Below are positions 1 to 6,316 of a DNA stretch of 11,088 bases, piece after piece. Below the pieces are notes generated by a model that was not told the origin of the DNA, ran no database searches, and saw only the letters and a program-made list of their open reading frames with translations. Source of the stretch: Candidatus Altarchaeum sp. (GTDB lineage Archaea; Altiarchaeota; Altiarchaeia; Altiarchaeales; Altiarchaeaceae); the NCBI GenBank assembly GCA_018260615.1, contig JAGWDQ010000035.1, forward strand, positions 1 to 11,088, given 5' to 3'. Position 1 is the stretch's first letter. Each line of letters opens with the position of its first letter. The translations under genes and the position numbers were made by a program.

Positions 1-1
1 C

Positions 2-715
2 AGAGAAGCAATACGAATAAATCCAAATTATGCTGAAGCACATAATAATTTAGGACTTTTATTGAAAGATTTAAACCGCTATGAAGAAGCAGAGAAGGAA
101 TACAGAGAAGCAATACGGCTAAATCCAAATCTTGCTGAAGCACATTATAATTTAGGAAATTTATTGCAAAATTTAAACCACTATGAAGAAGCAGAGAAAG
201 AATACAGAGAAGCAATACGAATAAATCCAAATCTTGCTGAAGCACATTATAATTTAGGAAATTTATTGCAAAATTTAAACCACTATGAAGAAGCAGAGAA
301 AGAATACAGAGAAGCAATACGAATAAATCCAAACGATGCTGGAGCACATAATAATTTAGGAGCTTTATTGGCAAATTTAAACCACTATGAAGAAGCAGAG
401 AAAGAATTCAGAGAAGCAATACGGATAAATCCAAATTATGCTGAAGCACATTATAATTTAGGAGTTTTATTGCAAAATTTAAAACGCTATGAAGAAGTAG
501 AGAAGGAATACAGAGAAGCAATACGAATAAATCCAAATTATGCTGAAGCACATAATAATTTAGGAATTTTATTGAAAAATTTAAAACGCTATGAAGAAGC
601 AGAAAAGGAATATAAAGAAGCAATACGGATAAATCCAAATCTTGCTGAAGCACACGCAAATTTAGGGATTTTATATTTGCAGCAAGGAAAAATAAATGAT
701 GCACAAAAGGAACTG
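2..715 (+). repeat. Intragenic 102-bp tandem repeat array encoding TPR units
   Basis: Units start at 2, 104, 206, 308, 410, 512 and 614. Segments 121-222 and 223-324 are identical at the nucleotide level. Confidence 0.95.
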
Positions 716-796
716 GAAATTGCCCACGAATTATTTTTAGATCAATGCAGATTTAATGATGCGAATAATGTGCTGAAAATTTTACAAACGATTTAA
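2..796 (+). CDS. TPR-repeat protein, 5'-truncated by the window edge; N-terminal domain unseen
   Basis: The frame is open from nt 2 (REAIRINPNYAEAHNNLGLLLKD...), so the TTG at 62 in the ORF track is internal. Six full 34-aa units (YEEAEKEYREAIRINPNxAEAHxNLGxLL) are followed by a seventh divergent unit and a capping helix ending at TAA 794-796. Confidence 0.93.
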   Translation, partial: REAIRINPNYAEAHNNLGLLLKDLNRYEEAEKEYREAIRLNPNLAEAHYNLGNLLQNLNHYEEAEKEYREAIRINPNLAEAHYNLGNLLQNLNHYEEAEKEYREAIRINPNDAGAHNNLGALLANLNHYEEAEKEFREAIRINPNYAEAHYNLGVLLQNLKRYEEVEKEYREAIRINPNYAEAHNNLGILLKNLKRYEEAEKEYKEAIRINPNLAEAHANLGILYLQQGKINDAQKELEIAHELFLDQCRFNDANNVLKILQTI

Positions 797-966
797 ATTT
801 TAAATTTGCACATGCTTATAACCTGATAAATGACAAAGATAAAGCAAAGCGGGAAATTTTAAAAGCAAAGGACTTATTTCAAAAATCGGGAAATGTGAAA
901 ATGGTTGAAATATGTACTCAAATTTTGGAAGGATTGAAAAATTTAAAACAAAATGAAAAAATATAA
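769..966 (+). pseudogene. Orphan TPR C-terminal cap fragment 1, no convincing start; absent from the ORF track
   Basis: Frame +1 translates as ...FAHAYNLINDKDKAKREILKAKDLFQKSGNVKMVEICTQILEGLKNLKQNEKI*. This matches the TIR-TPR C-terminus (DAKKEILKAKDLFGKQGRTNEVKLCDEILKN). The 27 bp at 853-879 are identical to 4175-4201. Confidence 0.75.
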
Positions 967-1168
967 AGAAATAGCAGACGAATGGAGGAAACAAATAAGA
1001 ATAAATCCTGAAAATATAGGAGCACATTATAATTTAGGGCTCTTGTATAAAGAAATAGAAAAAATTGAGGAAGCAAAGAAAGAAATTTTGAAAGCGAGAG
1101 AATTATTTGAACAGGAGGGAATAACTGATAAGGTTAAATTTTGTGATGAAATTTTGAAGAATTTATAG
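953..1168 (+). CDS. Small TPR protein or orphan C-terminal cap 2 (about one TPR plus capping helix, 71 aa); may be a pseudogene
   Basis: RINPENIGAHYNLGLLY is a TPR helix. EAKKEILKARELFEQEGITDKVKFCDEILKNL is paralogous to the end of 2852..4282. It has its own ATG, which overlaps the end of fragment 1. Confidence 0.65.
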   Translation: MKKYKEIADEWRKQIRINPENIGAHYNLGLLYKEIEKIEEAKKEILKARELFEQEGITDKVKFCDEILKNL

Positions 1169-1184
1169 ATAATTAATGTATAAA

Positions 1185-1226
1185 ATTTAATTAGTATACT
1201 CACGATTAGATTAATCATAAACCGAC
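1185..1226 (+). repeat. 42-bp direct repeat, copy 1
   Basis: atttaattagtatactcacgattagattaatcataaaccgac is identical to 4277-4318 and ends 6 nt before the ATPase ATG. Confidence 0.95.
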
Positions 1227-1232
1227 TAAAAT

Positions 1233-2684
1233 ATGAAATCCACAAAATTTGTAAACAGAGTTAGCGAACTTGATGCACTTGAAAAAAGATACAAAACGGA
1301 AAATGCCGAATTCATGGTTATATATGGAAAAAGAAGAGCGGGAAAGACCGAATTAATCAAAAAATTCTTTGAAAATAAGCCCCACATATATTTTCTTGCG
1401 GATAAAAGATCCGATATTGACCAGTTAAAAGAACTTGCAGGAAAAATGGGAGAGTGTTTTCAGGATTCATTTGTCTCAAGAAACGGGTTTTCCGACTGGA
1501 TTTCTATATTTGAATATCTCAGGGAGAAATTAAAAGATGAAAAGCATAGAAACGAAAAATTAATATTTGTAATTGATGAATTTCCCTATCTCGTCCATTC
1601 AAATAAGGCGATGGCGTCATTATTCCAGAAGGGCTGGGACGAATACCTGAAGGAACTGAATATATTTTTAATTCTCTGTGGTTCAAGCATCAGCATGATG
1701 GAGAAAGAAATACTTTCTTATGAAAGTCCTCTTTACGGCAGGAGAACTGGACAAATGATGCTCCAGCCCATGAAATTTGCGGAAATGATGCAGTTTTTTC
1801 CGGAACTTGATATGGAAAAAGCAGTCATGTTTTATTCAATACTTGGAGGAACTCCGGAATACTGGAAGCAATTTTCAGATGATATGGATGTGATTGAAAA
1901 CATAAAGGAAAATGTTATCAGAAGAGATGCGTTTCTTTACAATGAAATTGAATTTATACTCAGAGAGGAATTAAGGGAACCAAAAAATTATTTCAGTATA
2001 ATAAAATCCATATCCTTTGGCAAAACAAAATTAAACGAAATTGTCATGGAGATGGGAATTGAAAGAGGCACCGTTTCAAAGTATCTTGAAACTCTTGAAG
2101 GCCTGAAAATAATAAAACGGGAAGTTCCTGCAACAGAAAAACATCCGCTTAAGTCAAGAAAAGGAATTTATATCGTAGATGATAACTTCTTTAATTTCTG
2201 GTTCAGATTTGTTTATCCTAACAAAGGATATATTGAAGAAGGAAGAGCCGAGTATGTTTTAAATGAAAAAATAAAGCCAAATTTAAACGCATTCGCTGGC
2301 TTATGTTTTGAAGATATTTGCAGGGAAATTTTAGTCGTTATGGATGTTCGGGGAAGGATGCCTTTTAAAGGAGGTGAAATCGGCAGATGGTGGAATAAAG
2401 ACAAGGAAATTGATATTATTATAAAAAATGACAAAACATCGGAAATCATGTTCTGCGAATGCAAATGGAAGGACAATGTGGGCTTTGATGTTCTGGAGGA
2501 ATTAAAGAAAAAAGCGGACTTCGTTGAATGGAACAAAGAGAAAAGAAGGGCTTACTTCATGCTGTTTGCAAAATCCTTTGACCCCGAATTTAAAAAACAT
2601 TCGGAGGAAAATAACATTTTGTGCGTTGATATAAAATATATTGAAAATTTTTTAAAGCAAAAAATTGAACCCCAAAGATATTAA
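1233..2684 (+). CDS. Archaeal AAA-type ATPase (ATPase_2/COG1672-like) with wHTH and C-terminal DUF234-like PD-(D/E)XK nuclease domain
   Basis: N-terminal FVNRVSELDAL, Walker A GKRRAGKT, Walker B IFVIDEFPYL, family motifs LCGSS, PLYGRRT, GGTPEYW and DNFFNFWFRF. The C-terminal GRWW..EIDII..FCECKW is nuclease-like. Confidence 0.92.
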   Translation: MKSTKFVNRVSELDALEKRYKTENAEFMVIYGKRRAGKTELIKKFFENKPHIYFLADKRSDIDQLKELAGKMGECFQDSFVSRNGFSDWISIFEYLREKLKDEKHRNEKLIFVIDEFPYLVHSNKAMASLFQKGWDEYLKELNIFLILCGSSISMMEKEILSYESPLYGRRTGQMMLQPMKFAEMMQFFPELDMEKAVMFYSILGGTPEYWKQFSDDMDVIENIKENVIRRDAFLYNEIEFILREELREPKNYFSIIKSISFGKTKLNEIVMEMGIERGTVSKYLETLEGLKIIKREVPATEKHPLKSRKGIYIVDDNFFNFWFRFVYPNKGYIEEGRAEYVLNEKIKPNLNAFAGLCFEDICREILVVMDVRGRMPFKGGEIGRWWNKDKEIDIIIKNDKTSEIMFCECKWKDNVGFDVLEELKKKADFVEWNKEKRRAYFMLFAKSFDPEFKKHSEENNILCVDIKYIENFLKQKIEPQRY

Positions 2685-2851
2685 ATAATAAGAGTAATAA
2701 TGGGAAATTTATATATTTACTCGTTGGAATTTTCTTTTTTGTCCCCATCAAAAGTTCATAATATCTAAATTTATTTATTTATACTCTAATAATATAATAT
2801 AGTTTATTATTATCTTTTATTAATTTTATTTATCCTTATTTTATTTTAAAA
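2685..2851 (+). promoter_or_regulatory. Very AT-rich intergenic region, probably containing the archaeal promoter of the TIR-TPR gene
   Basis: Several TATA-like boxes are present (e.g. gaaatttatata near 2704). The exact box cannot be assigned in such AT-rich DNA. Confidence 0.3.
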
Positions 2852-4282
2852 ATGTCCAAATATGATGTTTTTATAAGTTACGAAACAGGAACAGGAACAA
2901 GTTATGTGAAAAATTTAAAGGAAGCGTTAGAGAAGAATAATAAACATAGTTGTTTTCTTGCAGATTTAAGTATGGATAAAGGTGCTGAGCGGAGAAAAAG
3001 AATAGACGATGCACTTGAAGAGTGTAAGTATTTTGTTATTGTAATTACAGCCAGTACATTGGAATCTGAGGATGTAAAAAAAGAATATGAAAAAGCCAAT
3101 AACCCGGAAAAGCGGATAATACCTTGTAAATGGAAAAAAATTACCTATTCAGAAACGGGCTATTTATCACATTTACAACAGATTGAGTTTAAAAATGAAT
3201 GCGAGTTAGCAAACGAGGTTATTCGGGAAATAAAAAACATAGATGAAAAAGAAAGAAAAGGAATATCTGTAAATGAAGATGCCGAAGAATTTCTAAACAG
3301 AGGAAATTTGCATCATCATCTAAGAATGTTTGAGAAAGCAGAGAATGCCTACAGAAAAGCAATACAACTAAATCCTGATTATGATGATGCACGTAATAAT
3401 TTAGGAAATTTGTTAATGCAGCATTTAAAAAGTTATGACGAAGCAGAGAATGCCTTAAGGGAAGCAATACGACTAAATCCAAATCTTGCCGAAGCACATA
3501 ATAATTTAGGAAATTTGTTAAACAATTTAAATCGCTATAAGGAAGCAGAAAATGTATTAAGGGAAGCAATAAAGCTCAATCCAAATCTTGCCGAAGCACA
3601 TAATAATTTAGGGCTTTTATTGAAAAATTTAACCCGCTATGGAGGAGCAGAGAAAGAATACATGGAAGCAATACGACTAAATCCGGATTATGCTGATGCA
3701 CATAATAATTTAGGAAATTTGTTAATGCGGTATTTAAACCACTACAAAGAAGCAGAGAATGCCTTAAGGGAAGCAATACGACTAAATCCAAATCTTGCCG
3801 AAGCACATAATAATTTAGGAAATTTGTTAATGCATCATTTAAACCGCTATGACGAAGCAGAGAATGCCTTAAGGGAAGCAATACGGATAGATCCGGATTA
3901 TGCTAATGCACATAATAATTTAGGAGTTTTATTGGATGATTTAATTCGTTATGAAGAAGCAGAGAATGCCTTTAGAGAAGCAATACGACTAAATCCAAAT
4001 TATGCCGATGCACATTTTAATTTAGGAATTTTATTGGAACATTTAAAACGCTATTATGAAGAAGCAGAGAAGGAATACAAAGAAGTAATAAAGCTCAATC
4101 CAAATTATGCTTATGCACATTATAATTTATGGATTTTATATGCAAAAATTGAAAAAAATAAGGATGCAAAAAAAGAAATTTTAAAAGCAAAGGACTTATT
4201 TGGAAAACAAGGAAGAACTAATGAGGTTAAACTTTGTGATGAAATTTTAAAAAATTATGAACAATTTACAGACAACATTTAA
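2852..4282 (+). CDS. TIR domain (TIR_2-like) fused to a TPR array
   Basis: N-terminal YDVFISY, FLAD, IDDALEECKYFVIVIT, SEDVKKEYEKA and RIIPC follow the TIR pattern, with E78 at the catalytic Glu position. About eight 34/35-aa TPR units and a capping helix follow. Confidence 0.9.
   Translation: MSKYDVFISYETGTGTSYVKNLKEALEKNNKHSCFLADLSMDKGAERRKRIDDALEECKYFVIVITASTLESEDVKKEYEKANNPEKRIIPCKWKKITYSETGYLSHLQQIEFKNECELANEVIREIKNIDEKERKGISVNEDAEEFLNRGNLHHHLRMFEKAENAYRKAIQLNPDYDDARNNLGNLLMQHLKSYDEAENALREAIRLNPNLAEAHNNLGNLLNNLNRYKEAENVLREAIKLNPNLAEAHNNLGLLLKNLTRYGGAEKEYMEAIRLNPDYADAHNNLGNLLMRYLNHYKEAENALREAIRLNPNLAEAHNNLGNLLMHHLNRYDEAENALREAIRIDPDYANAHNNLGVLLDDLIRYEEAENAFREAIRLNPNYADAHFNLGILLEHLKRYYEEAEKEYKEVIKLNPNYAYAHYNLWILYAKIEKNKDAKKEILKAKDLFGKQGRTNEVKLCDEILKNYEQFTDNI
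3290..4200 (+). repeat. Intragenic 102/105-bp TPR repeat array
   Basis: Repeated EAIRLNPNLAEAHNNLGNLL units; 82 bp at 3440-3521 are identical to 3749-3830. Boundaries are approximate. Confidence 0.9.
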
Positions 4283-4318
4283 TTAGTATACTCACGATTA
4301 GATTAATCATAAACCGAC
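4277..4318 (+). repeat. 42-bp direct repeat, copy 2
   Basis: Identical to 1185-1226. It begins with the last codon and stop of the TIR-TPR gene (ATT TAA) and ends 4 nt before the HD gene TTG. Confidence 0.95.
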
Positions 4319-4322
4319 AAAA

Positions 4323-5105
4323 TTGAATCCCAAAGATATTAAATTTTTTAGGAAATTTTTCAGAGAGTATGTGAAAAAATTTTATTCTGACGCTGAAATT
4401 GATGCTCAAATAAAAATAAATATGAAATTAAAACAAGCACATACATATCTGGTTTATAGAAATATCTTATTTCTTTCAAAATCATTAAATTTAAAGGAAG
4501 AAGAAATAAATCTGGCAAAGGCGATTGCTCTGTTTCACGATATCGGAAGGTTTGAACAGCTAAAACATTACAAAACATTTTTGGACAGAAAGTCAGAAAG
4601 CCACAGCGAAATTGGCCTGAAAATACTGGATGAAAAAGGCATCCTTGATAAGATGGATGACGGAGAAAGAGAAATTTTGATCTCTGCGATAAAATTTCAC
4701 AATGTCCGGGAAGTTCCGAAAAATTTAAATGAAAAGGACTTGTTCTTTTGCAGGTTGCTCAGGGATGCTGATAAAATAGATATATTCAGGGTATGGATTG
4801 ATTATTTTGAACACAAATCAGGTTATGATCCTTCTTACGGAATGGATTTATCAGTTAGCAATGAATATTCAGTTCATATAATCTCCGATATACTCGCAAA
4901 TAAAATTTCCCCGCTTGAAAATGTAAAGACACACAACGATATAAAACTTCTGCTGCTGACATGGATTTATGATGTCTATTTTGATGCGTCGTTAAATTTA
5001 ATTTTGAAGAGAAAATACATACGGGAAATTTTTAAAATTTTGCCAAAAAATAAAGAAATGAAAAAGATATGTAAACATATAAATTTTTACATATCAGAAA
5101 GATAA
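4323..5105 (+). CDS. HD-domain metal-dependent phosphohydrolase
   Basis: Motifs H(TYLV)...LFHDIGRFEQ...H(SEIG)...FHN...RDADKID give the H..HD..H..H..D metal-ligand pattern. The TTG start is uncertain; a downstream ATG (MKLKQAH) is an alternative. Confidence 0.9.
   Translation: MNPKDIKFFRKFFREYVKKFYSDAEIDAQIKINMKLKQAHTYLVYRNILFLSKSLNLKEEEINLAKAIALFHDIGRFEQLKHYKTFLDRKSESHSEIGLKILDEKGILDKMDDGEREILISAIKFHNVREVPKNLNEKDLFFCRLLRDADKIDIFRVWIDYFEHKSGYDPSYGMDLSVSNEYSVHIISDILANKISPLENVKTHNDIKLLLLTWIYDVYFDASLNLILKRKYIREIFKILPKNKEMKKICKHINFYISER
4993..5105 (+). repeat. 113-bp direct repeat, copy 1 (3' end of the HD gene)
   Basis: Matches 8090-8202 with 6 mismatches counted by eye; both copies end at the same TAA. 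Confidence 0.95.
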
Positions 5106-5392
5106 ACTCACTTACCCGCACTTCAATTGCACAATGCGATTTAAATTTTGTGGTGTGTTATGATACTATTACCTGAGTTTGAAAGATATTTAAAAAATGT
5201 CTAAAAACACCTTTAAAATTGTCTTTTTGTTGCCATGTCAATTTTACAATTTCAAAGGTCAAAACCCCATAACTTTCAAAGTCAAGTATTATAGCGTTTC
5301 ACAAAAATCTTGACAATCGCTTATAAAATCACAATGCCTATTTAATTTAGTCTGGCATTTGTAAATGTTTTATTGAAACGATATACTATGTA

Positions 5393-6193
5393 TTATACGC
5401 TGCCGGTTTTACTCCGTGAAGTTTTAAACTTTGTAAAGTATTCGTCAATCTCAGGCCGTAATTCTATTCCTGCTTTTTCAAAGCAATCAAGCAAGTCATT
5501 ATATGTGCCGGGTCCTGAAAGAAAATCCCAAAATTCTTCTGCCACCATTACCTCATTTTTTAAATCGAGCATACCTTTCATTGTCCATCGTGCATAAGGT
5601 TTTGGTTCGTATGGATTGTAAGGAATTGAAATAATTGTGTTGGCTTTCGCTGTTGGATTTTGATAAAAAAATACAGCCAACCATTCAAGCATATTTCTCT
5701 TATATGAAATAAAGTCACCTTTGTTTGGTTTGACTGTTTTCAAGTCAAACATAAATACTTCGTCATTCTGCGAAACAAGGAACAAATCTACTTTTACTGA
5801 CTTTAATTTGTTCTCTGCTCCTGATTGAGATACCTTCCGGATACGTTCAATTTCATCCATTTTGTTTACCTCACCACCAACAGAAAGGTCATTCATTATT
5901 TTTTGAATTTCATTTTGTGATTCTTGAGTAATAATGTTTCCAAGTTTGTATTGTGTGTAAACTTCTTTGAAAGTTGTTTTTGCAAGTTCTCGTGCAATAG
6001 GTTCATAAATTGAAATTCCGAAAGTTGTATTCAATGATTGAATAAACGAAAACAAAACCATCCTGTCCTTTCCAAGCAAGCGATAATGGAAAGGCATATT
6101 TTCTGTTTCTGGTTTATAGTTTTGAAATTTGCCACGCAAACAGGATTTAATCGTGTCTGTAATGTGGTTCTTATATTCTTGTGTTAATGCCAT
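5393..6193 (-). CDS. Type II restriction endonuclease, TdeIII/MjaII-like (family associated with GGNCC)
   Basis: MPFHYRLLGKDRMVLFSFIQSLNTTFG is recalled as the RE_TdeIII family signature. KVDLF...FDLKTVKPN forms a PD-(D/E)XK core. It is adjacent to and co-oriented with a methyltransferase. Specificity is inferred, not shown. Confidence 0.85.
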   Translation of the reverse strand: MALTQEYKNHITDTIKSCLRGKFQNYKPETENMPFHYRLLGKDRMVLFSFIQSLNTTFGISIYEPIARELAKTTFKEVYTQYKLGNIITQESQNEIQKIMNDLSVGGEVNKMDEIERIRKVSQSGAENKLKSVKVDLFLVSQNDEVFMFDLKTVKPNKGDFISYKRNMLEWLAVFFYQNPTAKANTIISIPYNPYEPKPYARWTMKGMLDLKNEVMVAEEFWDFLSGPGTYNDLLDCFEKAGIELRPEIDEYFTKFKTSRSKTGSV

Positions 6194-6313
6194 TTTTTAA
6201 TTTATAAAAAATATGAGAGCGAAGCGAACTTATTTTTTAATTTATAAAAAATATGAGAGCGAAGCGAACTTATTTTTTAATTTATTAAAAAATATTTGAG
6301 TGCTAACGAAATT
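6192..6313. repeat. 40-bp tandem repeat (2 perfect copies plus 1 degenerate) between the MTase and REase genes
   Basis: attttttaatttataaaaaatatgagagcgaagcgaactt at 6192-6231 and 6232-6271; a degenerate copy starts at 6272. There are no spacers. Confidence 0.92.
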
Positions 6314-6316
6314 ATT

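Noticed and set aside
408-704. Minus-strand ORF of 98 aa; also 3219-3569 and 3576-3881
   Set aside because: These are antisense shadows of the TPR arrays, with the same 34-aa periodicity and no recognisable domain.
1171-1200. Resemblance to a Xer/dif site (taatgtata; atttaa...tatac)
   Set aside because: Arm matches are partial and the spacing is wrong; such matches are expected by chance in AT-rich DNA.
5106-5392. Possible IS end or gene remnant (actcacttacccgcac...; tttcaaaggtcaa/tttcaaagtcaa; ttgaca...tataaa)
   Set aside because: No partner inverted repeat or coding similarity is visible, and the sigma70-like spacing is too short.
6192-6313. CRISPR array
   Set aside because: The 40-bp units are contiguous with no spacers, and no cas genes are present.
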